A DNA stretch of 64,000 nucleotides from Deltaproteobacteria bacterium RBG_13_43_22. Lineage in GTDB: Bacteria; Desulfobacterota; RBG-13-43-22. Below, in pieces: positions 1-9,119 of this stretch. The notes under the pieces were generated by a model that searched no databases, was not told the origin of the DNA, and worked only from the letters and a program-made list of their open reading frames with translations. Both the position numbers and the translations under genes were made by a program. How positions within the stretch are numbered: the stretch's first letter is position 1; each line of letters opens with the position of its first letter. The stretch spans positions 321,531 through 385,530 of the forward strand of contig MGQB01000001.1 in assembly GCA_001797675.1 (NCBI GenBank), read 5' to 3'.

Positions 1-68
1 ATGACCACATCGATATTTTTCAGGTTATGTTCCCTGGCCCCTTTGACCAGGATCCGGTCTAAGGCCAT
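1..68 (-). CDS. uvrA: UvrA excinuclease subunit A, N-terminal 22 codons only (gene continues beyond window start)
   Basis: Reverse-complement of 1..68 reads MALDRILVKGAREHNLKNIDVV, matching the UvrA N-terminal consensus (I.VRGAR.HNLKNI). The ATG overlaps the pdxA stop (TGATG). Confidence 0.55.
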   Translation of the reverse strand, partial: MALDRILVKGAREHNLKNIDVV

Positions 69-1078
69 CAGGGTTTCCTCCGGGCAAAAGCGGAGGCCAG
101 CAAAATAGACTGAATCAGGCTGTCCGGGTTGGCGATCCCTTTACCGGCGATATCAAAGGCCGTGCCGTGGTCCACCGAAGTGCGGATAAAGGGCAGGCCC
201 ATGGTGATATTGACGGCCTTATCGAAATGGAGAAGTTTTAGAGGGATGAGCCCCTGATCGTGATAGTGGGCCACCACCGCATCGTAACGGCCTTGGGCGG
301 CCCAATAAAAAAGGGTATCCGGTGGATAAGGGCCGGAGACGTTCATCCCCTGATCCCGGGCCGCCTGGATTGCCGGGCTAATAATCGTTTTTTCTTCCGA
401 ACCGAAGGCTCCCTGTTCTCCGGCATGTGGATTAAGCCCGGCCACGGCTATATGGGGAGCTTTGATCCCAAAAAAACCAGTCAAAGTGAAATGAGTCAGT
501 TCAATACTCCGGAAAATTTTTGTAGTATCCAATCTCCGAATGGCTTTTTTAAGGGAGAGGTGGATGGTCACCAGGCTGACCTTTAATTGCTCTCCGGCCA
601 GCATCATGCCAAAGGCCCTGGTTCGGGATAATTTTGCCAGTAACTCAGTATGGCCGGTAAAAGAGGGACGAAAGCGGCGGATCATTTCCTTGCTGACAGG
701 GCAGGTGACCAGGGCCTCAACCTGGCCTTTTAAAGCCGACTTTGCGGCCAGATGGATATATTGTATGGTCTGAGGCCCCCATTGAGGATCCGGTCGGCCC
801 GGGATCCATTGATCGACAGGCAAACAGGAGGCCTCATACAGCAGGGGTGATTCTTTCATGTCTTTGGCCTGTTCAATTGTTCGAATCGATTGGATATGAA
901 ACGACTTCCCCAATCTCCGGGCGGATGCTTCCAAGACCCGCCGGTCTCCGATAATCAGGGGGCGACAGGCTTTCAGGACCAGAGGATTATCCAGGGACTT
1001 GAGGATAATCTCCGGTCCGATTCCGGCCGGATCTCCCATGGTGATAGCTATAAGGGGTTTTTTCATTTTGGCTTTCAA
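68..1078 (-). CDS. pdxA: 4-hydroxythreonine-4-phosphate dehydrogenase PdxA
   Basis: 336 aa protein with PdxA family motifs (ITMGDPAGIGPEI, GHTELLA, GLNPHAGE, HGTAFDIAGKG). Confidence 0.85.
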   Translation of the reverse strand: MKAKMKKPLIAITMGDPAGIGPEIILKSLDNPLVLKACRPLIIGDRRVLEASARRLGKSFHIQSIRTIEQAKDMKESPLLYEASCLPVDQWIPGRPDPQWGPQTIQYIHLAAKSALKGQVEALVTCPVSKEMIRRFRPSFTGHTELLAKLSRTRAFGMMLAGEQLKVSLVTIHLSLKKAIRRLDTTKIFRSIELTHFTLTGFFGIKAPHIAVAGLNPHAGEQGAFGSEEKTIISPAIQAARDQGMNVSGPYPPDTLFYWAAQGRYDAVVAHYHDQGLIPLKLLHFDKAVNITMGLPFIRTSVDHGTAFDIAGKGIANPDSLIQSILLASAFARRKP

Positions 1079-1332
1079 AAATTAAAATTTGAATTAATCA
1101 TTTTAACCGAAAAGCTTTTTTTTCTCAAGTCCAATTTAAAAATGAAAAGAGGCAAGAAGCTATGGGCAAGGGGCTATGGTTAGTGTGAAAATACCCTATT
1201 TCATCCCCTTCCCTCCCCCCTCGGAGAGGGAGGGTTAGGGAGGGGGGGATATTTTCATGCTTCGTGGCGCCCCCAAGGGGCAAGAAAGGATTGTTAGTTA
1301 AATAACACCTCGGGCCTATGGCTTAATTTTCT

Positions 1333-1839
1333 TTAAGCCAGAAATTCCCGGCTGTCTCCCACGATGCTTTCCAAAGGCAGGGCGATCAGTCCTGTTCTGG
1401 CTAATTCCTTGATTTTAAAAGGGGCCAAGGCCATCAGCAGGGTGTTGACTCGGCGTTCGTTGCCGGAAAATTCCAGCGTGGCCGTTTGATCGGATATGTC
1501 CACAATGGCGGCCCCGAAGGAATTGGCCACTTGGATCAATTCAACGCGTTTTTCCGGCGGCAAATAGACGGTCATCAGGATCAATTCCCGGGTGATGGAT
1601 TGGGAATATTTCAAATCAATGACGCCGATGACATCAATCAATTTCCTGAGCTGCTTGGTCACCTGTTCCAGGATCGACTCGTCTCCGGTGACCACCATCG
1701 TAATCCGGGTGATGTCCGTCCTTTCGGTGACCCCGGCTACAATACTTTCAATATTATAAGCCCGCCGAGCGAAGAGGCCGGCCACATGGGACAGGACCCC
1801 GGGGTGGTTTCGAACCAAAACTGAAATGACCTGACGCAT
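1333..1839 (-). CDS. ilvN: Acetolactate synthase small (regulatory) subunit
   Basis: 168 aa protein with ACT-domain N-terminus (VLVRNHPGVLSHVAGLFARRAYNIESI). Sits immediately downstream of ilvB. Confidence 0.9.
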   Translation of the reverse strand: MRQVISVLVRNHPGVLSHVAGLFARRAYNIESIVAGVTERTDITRITMVVTGDESILEQVTKQLRKLIDVIGVIDLKYSQSITRELILMTVYLPPEKRVELIQVANSFGAAIVDISDQTATLEFSGNERRVNTLLMALAPFKIKELARTGLIALPLESIVGDSREFLA

Positions 1840-1841
1840 AA

Positions 1842-3530
1842 TTATTGCTCCTCGATAAATTCGCTGATGCCTTTTCCGGCCGGGACCATGGGAGTGACAT
1901 TTTCTTCCGGGGCCACCCTAAAGTCGATTAAATAGGGTTCAGGATACGACAAAGCCTCTTCCAGGGCCGGGATGACCTCTTCCGAGGTTCGAACGACCTT
2001 TCCTTTGATCCCATACCCTTCGGCAACTTTGACAAATTCTGGGTTGAATTCAAAATGGGTCTGGGAATAGCGTTTGTCGCAAAAAAATTCCTGCCATTGG
2101 CGGACCATGCCCAGATAGCCGTTATTGAAGAGACATATCTTGACCGGGATATTATAGGTCCGGGCCGTAGCCAGTTCCTGGATGTTCATCTGAAAACTGC
2201 CGTCTCCGGAAATCACGACCACGGTTTTGTCCGGGCAACCCACCTGGGCCCCGATGGCCGCCGGGAAACCAAAACCCATAGTTCCCAATCCCCCTGAAGA
2301 AATAAAGGATCTGGGTTTGGTCGAGGTGATATATTGGGCCGCCCACATCTGGTGCTGTCCTACATCGGTGGCTACAATCAGTTCAGGGGTTTTTAAAGCA
2401 TTAACGCATTCCAAAATATATTGGGGCTTGAGTTCCCCTTCTTTCTTATAATGCAGGGGAAACTCCTTCCTCCACTGAGCGATCCGGTCCAGCCACTTTT
2501 TCCGTTCGATAAATTTGATTTTCCCCTGGATTTGTCCAAGGACGGTTTTCAAATCGCCCACGATAGGAATGTCTATATTGACCCTTTTACCGATTTCCGC
2601 CGGATCGATATCCACATGGATGATCCTGGCCTGGGGGGAAAATTTATTGACATCACCGGCTACCCGGTCATCAAATCGCACCCCCAAGGCCAGGACCAGG
2701 TCCGAATGATAAACGGAATAGTTGGCATAGCGGGTCCCGTGCATACCGAGCATGCCCAGGGAAAGGGGATCGTCTTCCGGGAAACTTCCCTTTCCCATCA
2801 GGGTGGTGGTAATCGGGATATTGGCCGAGCGGATAAAGGCCGCCAGTTCTTCGGTAGCCCCGGCCGAGATGACGCCGCCCCCCACATAGGCTACCGGTCT
2901 TTCGGCTTCCTTGACGGCCCGGATCATGGCCTCGATCTGTTTGGGATGCCCTTTAACCGTCGGATGGTAACTGGGGAGCTGAACTTCCTTGACCGGTTTG
3001 TATTTGGTGCGGGCCTCCTGGATGTCCTTGGGTATGTCCACCAAGACAGGCCCGGGCCGGCCGGTCCGGGCGATATAAAAGGCCTCTTTAAGAATCCGGG
3101 CTAGATCGTTTAAGTCTTTGACCAGGTAATTATATTTGGTGATCGGGATACTGATCCCGTAAATATCGGCTTCTTGAAAGCTGTCGTTACCGATCATGGA
3201 GGTGGCGACTTGTCCGGTCAAGGCCACCATCGGCACGGAGTCCATATAGGCATTGGCCAGACCGGTTACCAGATTGGTCGCTCCCGGCCCGGAGGTGGCG
3301 ATACAGACCCCCACCTTTCCGGTGGCCCGGGCATAGCCGTCGGCCGCATGGGCCGCGCCCTGTTCATGGCGGGTGAGGATGTGCCGAATAGGGCAATGAT
3401 AAAGGGCGTCATAAAGGGGGATGACCGCTCCTCCGGGAAAACCAAAGAGGACATCCACCCCTTCTTCCTGTAAAACTTCGACGATAATTTCAGAACCTTT
3501 TTTTAATCCCGAAGACATAATGCTAGGCAT
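1842..3530 (-). CDS. ilvB: Acetolactate synthase large subunit (ThDP-dependent)
   Basis: 562 aa protein with a ThDP-binding motif (GDGSFQMNIQELAT) and AHAS-type N-terminus. Confidence 0.9.
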   Translation of the reverse strand: MPSIMSSGLKKGSEIIVEVLQEEGVDVLFGFPGGAVIPLYDALYHCPIRHILTRHEQGAAHAADGYARATGKVGVCIATSGPGATNLVTGLANAYMDSVPMVALTGQVATSMIGNDSFQEADIYGISIPITKYNYLVKDLNDLARILKEAFYIARTGRPGPVLVDIPKDIQEARTKYKPVKEVQLPSYHPTVKGHPKQIEAMIRAVKEAERPVAYVGGGVISAGATEELAAFIRSANIPITTTLMGKGSFPEDDPLSLGMLGMHGTRYANYSVYHSDLVLALGVRFDDRVAGDVNKFSPQARIIHVDIDPAEIGKRVNIDIPIVGDLKTVLGQIQGKIKFIERKKWLDRIAQWRKEFPLHYKKEGELKPQYILECVNALKTPELIVATDVGQHQMWAAQYITSTKPRSFISSGGLGTMGFGFPAAIGAQVGCPDKTVVVISGDGSFQMNIQELATARTYNIPVKICLFNNGYLGMVRQWQEFFCDKRYSQTHFEFNPEFVKVAEGYGIKGKVVRTSEEVIPALEEALSYPEPYLIDFRVAPEENVTPMVPAGKGISEFIEEQ

Positions 3531-4134
3531 CCCTTCTGCTGTCTAAAGCCATCTTGATCGTCCAGTTATCCATATATTTGAGATCCCCTCCCATGGGAAT
3601 CCCATAAGCAATCCTCGTTAATCTGATTTCCGGCCTTCTGGTCTTGATCTGTTCCACTAAAAAGGAAACGGTGGCTTCTCCCTCCGTGGTAGGATTGATC
3701 GCCAGAACGATTTCGGAAATTTTTTCCTTCTCAAGTCGTTCCAATAACTCCCGGATACGTAAATCCTTTGGGCCGACCCCGTCGATAGGAGACAAGGTCC
3801 CTTGAAGCACATGATACTTTCCTTTGAGGCCACCGGCCTTTTCCAGGGCCAGCAGATCACCGGGTCCTTCCACCACACACAAGATCCCTGATTCCCGACT
3901 ATGGTTTTCGCAAAGAGGACAGGGGTCTGCCTCGGTTAAATTAAAACAGACCGAACAGGAACGGATCTTCTCCTTAACGTCCGTCAGGGTGCGGGCCAAT
4001 TCGGCTACTTCCGCTTGGGGTCGTCGAAGGATATGCAAGGCCAGACGGGTGGCCGTTTTCTCACCCAATCCCGGAAGGCGGGAAAGAGAAGCAATCAACC
4101 GGGCCAAGGGTGGGGGATAGACCGCTGTTCCCAT
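3523..4134 (-). CDS. recR: Recombination protein RecR
   Basis: 203 aa protein with HhH motif (LPGLGEKTATRLALHIL), C4 zinc finger (CSVCFNLTE..CPLC) and Toprim domain. Confidence 0.9.
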   Translation of the reverse strand: MGTAVYPPPLARLIASLSRLPGLGEKTATRLALHILRRPQAEVAELARTLTDVKEKIRSCSVCFNLTEADPCPLCENHSRESGILCVVEGPGDLLALEKAGGLKGKYHVLQGTLSPIDGVGPKDLRIRELLERLEKEKISEIVLAINPTTEGEATVSFLVEQIKTRRPEIRLTRIAYGIPMGGDLKYMDNWTIKMALDSRRDA

Positions 4135-4136
4135 AA

Positions 4137-4448
4137 TTAAAATAGCCCGGGGATTTTAAGTCCCCCGGTAACCTTGGCCATTTCCGTGGCAGCCATTTCC
4201 TGGACCTTGCGCAGAGCGTCATTCACAGCGGCCTGGATCAGGTCCTGGAGCATCTCCACATCTTCCGGATTGACGACTTCTGGTTCTATCTTGACCGAAA
4301 GGATCTCCTGGCGGCCGTTGGCTGTTACGGTCACCATACCGCCCCCGGAGGAAGCCTCTACGGTTTTATTGCCCATTTCTTCTTGGATCTGGGCCAATCG
4401 ATTTTGCATCATCTTAGCCTGGTTCATAATGTTGCCTAAGTTTTTCAT
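4137..4448 (-). CDS. ybaB: Nucleoid-associated protein YbaB/EbfC
   Basis: 103 aa protein whose N-terminus ([18 protein letters not shown]) is typical of YbaB. Conserved recR-ybaB gene pair. Confidence 0.85.
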   Translation of the reverse strand: MKNLGNIMNQAKMMQNRLAQIQEEMGNKTVEASSGGGMVTVTANGRQEILSVKIEPEVVNPEDVEMLQDLIQAAVNDALRKVQEMAATEMAKVTGGLKIPGLF

Positions 4449-4653
4449 AGACCTTTCTCCTGTTTCCTGTTTCCCTGAACTTTTTTAATCAAAAGTCATT
4501 TTTTTTGTATTTTAAAAAAAAATCCATGAATTGTAAAGTATTCTTTGGTAGTTTCAAAACGTCTCGAAAAGGGAGCGCTTCGCTGGCAGGTCGATTCTTT
4601 TCCTGTTGCCTCCCTCCGCTCACCATCAAACTGGGGGAGGTTCAGGAGCCGTT

Positions 4654-5688
4654 TTAACGGAATACCTGCTTAAAGGCCTGCAGGGTTTTATCGACATCGG
4701 CATCGGAGATATCGAGATGGGTGACCAGACGGATCTGGGTCTTGCCGAAGGCATGGATTAAAACGCCCTTTCCCCTCATGGCCTCAGCTACCTGCAAAGG
4801 CGTTTTCCCGCTATCGGTCACATCAAAGATGACGATATTTGTTTCCACTTGGCCGGGATCGATGGAGACCCCCGGGCATTTGGAAAGACCGAGAGCCAGG
4901 TGTTTGGCCCGATCATGATCTAATTTTAGTCTTTCCAAATGATGGTCCAAGGCATAGATCCCCGCAGCCGCCAGGATTCCGGCCTGACGCATCCCCCCGC
5001 CGAACATTTTACGAAACCGGTGGACACGAGCAATAAAGTCCGAAGAACCGGCCACCAGGGACCCGACAGGGGCCCCCAATCCTTTTGAAAGGCAAACCGA
5101 TACAGAATCAGCCCATTGGGCATATTCTCCCGGTCCGACCCCCGAGGCCGCCGATGCGTTCCAAAGTCTCGCTCCGTCCAGATGGACCAGAAGGTCTTTG
5201 GATTTGGCCAGTTTGAAGATCTCGGATATGTTTTTTATGGGATAAACGGATCCGCCTCCCCGATTATGGGTGTTTTCGAGACAGACAAGCCTAGATACCG
5301 GAAAGTGGGCGTCAAAAGGTCGTATGGCTCCCTCGACCTGAGAAACATCCAGGATACCGCGGGTCCCCGGGAGACAGCAGAATTGGACTCCCGATAAAGC
5401 GGCCCCTGCCCCGCCTTCAAAATTGTAGGCATGGGAAAAATTTTCGAGGATAACCTCGTCTCCTGGTTGCGTGTGAGACTTAACGGATAACTGGTTAGCC
5501 ATCGTCCCGGAGGGAACAAAAATGGCCCTCTCCTTTCCCAGCAGTCCGGCCACTTTTTCCTGCAGGGTGTTAACCGTAGGGTCTTCCCCATAGACGTCAT
5601 CGCCTACCTCGGCCTTGGCCATCGCCTTTCGCATAGCCGGTGTGGGCTTGGTGACCGTATCACTTCTCAGATCGATCAAGGTCTTCAT
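4654..5688 (-). CDS. ltaE: Low-specificity L-threonine aldolase (PLP-dependent)
   Basis: [17 protein letters not shown]-terminus and beta-eliminating lyase fold. The ATG at 5688 is preceded by AGGAGG. The ORF track's 5712 start is a short upstream extension. Confidence 0.75.
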   Translation of the reverse strand: MKTLIDLRSDTVTKPTPAMRKAMAKAEVGDDVYGEDPTVNTLQEKVAGLLGKERAIFVPSGTMANQLSVKSHTQPGDEVILENFSHAYNFEGGAGAALSGVQFCCLPGTRGILDVSQVEGAIRPFDAHFPVSRLVCLENTHNRGGGSVYPIKNISEIFKLAKSKDLLVHLDGARLWNASAASGVGPGEYAQWADSVSVCLSKGLGAPVGSLVAGSSDFIARVHRFRKMFGGGMRQAGILAAAGIYALDHHLERLKLDHDRAKHLALGLSKCPGVSIDPGQVETNIVIFDVTDSGKTPLQVAEAMRGKGVLIHAFGKTQIRLVTHLDISDADVDKTLQAFKQVFR

Positions 5689-5776
5689 TTTTCCTCCTAT
5701 GGATTGACCCATTTAAAAGTTGCGGAGACTTGTTAATTAAAAAAAAGAAAGAATCGGAGCTGACAGAAAGAAGAAC

Positions 5777-6433
5777 TTAAAATGATTCTTTTTTATAAGC
5801 CATCCCGATGAGCGGGTAAACGACCATACCGGAGAGGACGGCAATATCCTCGGCCGACAGGTATTTCGAGATGCTGGCATCAAAGAGAAGGTTGCCGTCG
5901 GGCGGAAATTCATCGTCTCCGGCCCAGAGAATCAGACAGACGGAAATTCGGGGGAAAACCTGAAAGCCCAGGGAGGCATCCCCTTCTTCCCGTTGTACTC
6001 CGCCCAGGCCGGTTCCCAGTTCGATTAGCAGTCCTGGATTTTTCCCAAAGGTCTGAACCAGAGGATCCTTGGCCCTTTTGGCAAAAGCCGAATAATAAAA
6101 TTCCCCGGAAGGGATTTCGCGGAAGGTGACCCAGGTATTGGTCAGAGGAGCACCCGTGGCCTGAATCAGGTAATGCATGATCAGTCCCTGTTCCTGGAGC
6201 GAGAGTTCTTTTGTGCCTTCAGGGGTAATCACTTCCCCCTCAGGCCAAGTGATTTGGATCTTCCGGTTGAGAAAAGGTAATTCAAGGACGGCCCCTTTTG
6301 TTTCCAGCTGATAAACCGTTCCACTGTTCCGGGCCAGGGCTTGCGGGTCTTTTTGTTTGAATGCCTCCCGGGCAATCTCCAGAGTGTTCTTATAATCGTC
6401 TACTCGGGGCATCGGGCTTCCTTTTGGCTGCAT
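5777..6433 (-). CDS. Conserved hypothetical protein (possibly DUF3786-like)
   Basis: 218 aa ORF in consistent coding context. It overlaps the cysKS 3' end by 34 nt. No recognisable catalytic motifs. Confidence 0.4.
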   Translation of the reverse strand: MQPKGSPMPRVDDYKNTLEIAREAFKQKDPQALARNSGTVYQLETKGAVLELPFLNRKIQITWPEGEVITPEGTKELSLQEQGLIMHYLIQATGAPLTNTWVTFREIPSGEFYYSAFAKRAKDPLVQTFGKNPGLLIELGTGLGGVQREEGDASLGFQVFPRISVCLILWAGDDEFPPDGNLLFDASISKYLSAEDIAVLSGMVVYPLIGMAYKKESF

Positions 6434-8784
6434 TGGGTGCAGATGGTCTTGTCTTTGAGATCGATCAGACGATAGCCCCGGGCGCAGATCTGATCCCGCA
6501 GCCGGTCGGCCTCGGCGAACTCTTTCCGCCGGCGGGCCGTTTCCCGGCGATTTAACAGGTTTTGCACTTCCACCGGCAACCCCGTTTCCGGGAAGTCCAG
6601 GATCTGCAATACTGAATTGACATTTCGCAGGACCTGGTCGATTTCCGTAAATTCCGAGGCTGAGATCCTTTTTCCCACCAGGATGGGATTGATGGCCCGG
6701 ACTAGTTTGAATAAGGCCGACAGGGCCAGGGCAATGTTCAGGTCATCATCCATAGCCTCCTTAAACTGGGTCTTAAAAAGGAAAAGGGTTTCTCCCACCT
6801 CGGCGGTTTCCTCCGAACCGGGCTGAACCGTATAGAGTTTTTGAATAAATTCATCCAGACGTTTTAAGGTCTTCCGTGAGGCCTCCAGGGACTTCAGGGT
6901 AAAGGCCAGGGGTTTACGGTAGTGGGTGGAAAGGAGCCAGTAGCGGATCTCGCGTCCGGTAAACCCCTGCTCCAGGATATCCCGCAAGGTCCGGGCATTG
7001 CCGGCGGCCCTGGACATCTTCTTTCCATCCACCATGACCAATTCGCTGTGCAGCCAATAATTGACGAATTTTTTCCCGCTGGCGGCTTCGCTGATGGCGA
7101 TTTCATTTTCATGATGGGGGAAAATCAGATCCACGCCGCTGGTATGGATGTCAAAGGTCTCTCCCAGGTATTTCTGGGCCATGGCTGAACACTCGATATG
7201 CCACCCCGGACGGACATTACCCCATTCGCTGGCCACATAAATTCCTTTTTTCAGTTCCGCCAGATTGGAGCGCTTGAGCAGCGTAAAGTCCCTGGGGTTG
7301 TCCTTCTCATATTCATCCAGGTCCACGGTTTTTCCCACCTGGATCTGTTTTAAATCCACCCGGGAAAGACGGCCGTAATCCTTAAACCGGGAGATGTCAA
7401 AATATAAGGATCGGAGTTTTTCATAGGCAAAGCCTTTGTTCAGTAACGTCCGGGTCAGGGCGAGCATGTCTTCCACATGTTCACTGGCCTTGGGATAATG
7501 GGCGGCCCGCTTGATTCGCAGGGTATCGATGTCTTTTAAGAATTCTTCCGCATAATAACCGGTAAACTCGTTTAAAGGCTGCCCTGCGGCCTCGGCCCCA
7601 AAAATGGTCCGATCATGCAAATCAGTGATATTCATGATATGGAAAACTTCCAGGCCCTTGAATTCCAGATAACGGCGCAGCAGGTCGGCCATAACAAACC
7701 GTCGGCAAGGACCCAGATGAAGCAGATTATCCACCGTCGGACCGCAGGAATAGATGGAGACTTTCCCTTCTTTTATCGGGACAAAAGCTTCTTTTTCCCG
7801 GGTCAGGGTATTATAAAAGACCAAGCCGGCCTTTTCCTTTTCCGCAAACAGGGTTGTGCTCAGATACCGTTCTCCTCCGTCCGGGCAGATGACCACGATC
7901 AGCCCTTTTTTCATATTTTGGGCCTGATGCAGGGCTGCGGCGACAGCCGCTCCGGAACTCATCCCCACCAGGAGCCCTTCTTCCCGGGCCATCTTCCGGG
8001 CGATATCAAAGGCTTCCTCGTCTTCCACATGCATTACTTCGTCCAGGATGCTTTTATCATAGATCCCCGGTTTATAGGATTCTTTCATGTTTTTGAGTCC
8101 CTGTATCTTATGGCCCAGATAAGGTTCCACCCCGATGATTTTAATGGCCGGATTCAATTCTTTCAGCCGCCGGGTCATACCCATCAGGGTTCCGGTGGTC
8201 CCCATGGTGGCCACGACCATGGTCACCTTACCTTTGGTTTGTTCCCAGATTTCCAGCCCTGTGCCCTGGTAATGGGCGTCGATATTGTCCGGATTGTTAA
8301 ATTGATCGAGAAGGCAGTATTGGTCCGGATGCTCCCGGGCCATCTGATACACCGTTTCGATGGAACCGTCGGTCCCCTGGTGGGCCGGGGTCAAAAGGAG
8401 CCTGGCCCCGTAAGCCTTGAGGATCTTTTGCCGTTCCACACTGGCCGATTCAGGCATGGTCAACAGGAGAGGATAACCTTTGACGGCCGCCACCATGGCC
8501 AAACCGATTCCGGTGTTTCCGGAAGTGGCTTCGATGATGGTCTTGCCTCTGGTCAGGACTCCGCTTTTTTCCGCGGACTCGATCATAGACAGGGCGATGC
8601 GGTCCTTGACCGATCCCCCGGGATTAAAGGATTCTATTTTAGCCCAGAGGGTTACCTTTTTATTGGGATTCAACCGGTTCAATCGGACCAGGGGTGTATG
8701 ACCGATCAGTTTTAGGATGTCGGGATAAGCCTGTTTCATGACCTTACTGCTTTCTTTTGGTTTTCTTTTTATTGATTCGTTCAT
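6400..8784 (-). CDS. Fusion protein: cysteine synthase (O-acetylserine sulfhydrylase, PLP) N-terminal domain plus cysteinyl-tRNA synthetase-like C-terminal domain
   Basis: Residues 16-320 match CysK/CysM (GHTPLVRLN, PGGSVKDR, GNTG, SSGAAV). Residues 325-794 align end to end with CysRS, including zinc ligands (YSCGPT, WHIECSAM, HHENE) and the anticodon-binding region (DDDLNIALALSALF). The class-I motifs are altered: HIGH reads HLGP and KMSKS reads KMSRA. The probable start is the internal ATG at 8739 (MKQAYPDILKLIGHTPLV). Confidence 0.8.
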   Translation of the reverse strand: MNESIKRKPKESSKVMKQAYPDILKLIGHTPLVRLNRLNPNKKVTLWAKIESFNPGGSVKDRIALSMIESAEKSGVLTRGKTIIEATSGNTGIGLAMVAAVKGYPLLLTMPESASVERQKILKAYGARLLLTPAHQGTDGSIETVYQMAREHPDQYCLLDQFNNPDNIDAHYQGTGLEIWEQTKGKVTMVVATMGTTGTLMGMTRRLKELNPAIKIIGVEPYLGHKIQGLKNMKESYKPGIYDKSILDEVMHVEDEEAFDIARKMAREEGLLVGMSSGAAVAAALHQAQNMKKGLIVVICPDGGERYLSTTLFAEKEKAGLVFYNTLTREKEAFVPIKEGKVSIYSCGPTVDNLLHLGPCRRFVMADLLRRYLEFKGLEVFHIMNITDLHDRTIFGAEAAGQPLNEFTGYYAEEFLKDIDTLRIKRAAHYPKASEHVEDMLALTRTLLNKGFAYEKLRSLYFDISRFKDYGRLSRVDLKQIQVGKTVDLDEYEKDNPRDFTLLKRSNLAELKKGIYVASEWGNVRPGWHIECSAMAQKYLGETFDIHTSGVDLIFPHHENEIAISEAASGKKFVNYWLHSELVMVDGKKMSRAAGNARTLRDILEQGFTGREIRYWLLSTHYRKPLAFTLKSLEASRKTLKRLDEFIQKLYTVQPGSEETAEVGETLFLFKTQFKEAMDDDLNIALALSALFKLVRAINPILVGKRISASEFTEIDQVLRNVNSVLQILDFPETGLPVEVQNLLNRRETARRRKEFAEADRLRDQICARGYRLIDLKDKTICTQCSQKEARCPE

Positions 8785-9119
8785 ATAAAGCGATCTGTTC
8801 GGAAATTGAGAGCTTCTTATGAGCCGCTTTTTGGGGAGACCGGCACAGGCGACAACGATCCTGAGAACAGCCCTGACAAAAACGGCAGTCCGGACAAGGA
8901 CGTTTTTTCAAAACAACGGGGGCAAGGTTCAAGGGGCAAGGTTGAGGATTCAAGGGTCGAGGTTCAATCAATTGATAAGGAGGAAATACTTTTTTATGTT
9001 CCTTTTCCCTTTGGCCTATTGCCTCTTGCCTATCGCCTATTTCTTGTTTGCTTTTACTTCGCACCTTGCACCTTATCCCTTAAACCCTGGCCCTTTCCCC
9101 TTTCGCCTATTGCCTGTTT

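Noticed and set aside
1206-1255. G/C-rich inverted repeat (CCCTTCCCTCCCCCCTC...GAGGGAGGGTTAGGGAGGGGGGG) between ilvN and pdxA as a transcription terminator
   Set aside because: The stem is imperfect and is not followed by a U-run on the transcribed (minus) strand. It could be a structural motif or a Rho-dependent site, but cannot be called an intrinsic terminator from sequence alone.
7615-8715. 366-aa plus-strand ORF antisense to the cysK-cysS fusion, and similar long antisense ORFs (e.g. 2421-3104, 14963-15670, 24237-25037, 53516-54652, 61178-61843)
   Set aside because: High-GC antisense frames of well-supported genes with low-complexity His/Gly/Pro-rich translations. Typical shadow ORFs.
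8744-9064. 106-aa minus-strand ORF with a Cys-rich stretch (CPDCRFCQGCSQDRCRLC) upstream of the cysK-cysS fusion
   Set aside because: Its N-terminal half is a translation of the CTATTGCCT repeat array and its C-terminus overlaps the cysK start. There is no ribosome-binding site. A tiny zinc-ribbon protein cannot be fully excluded, but the evidence is weak.
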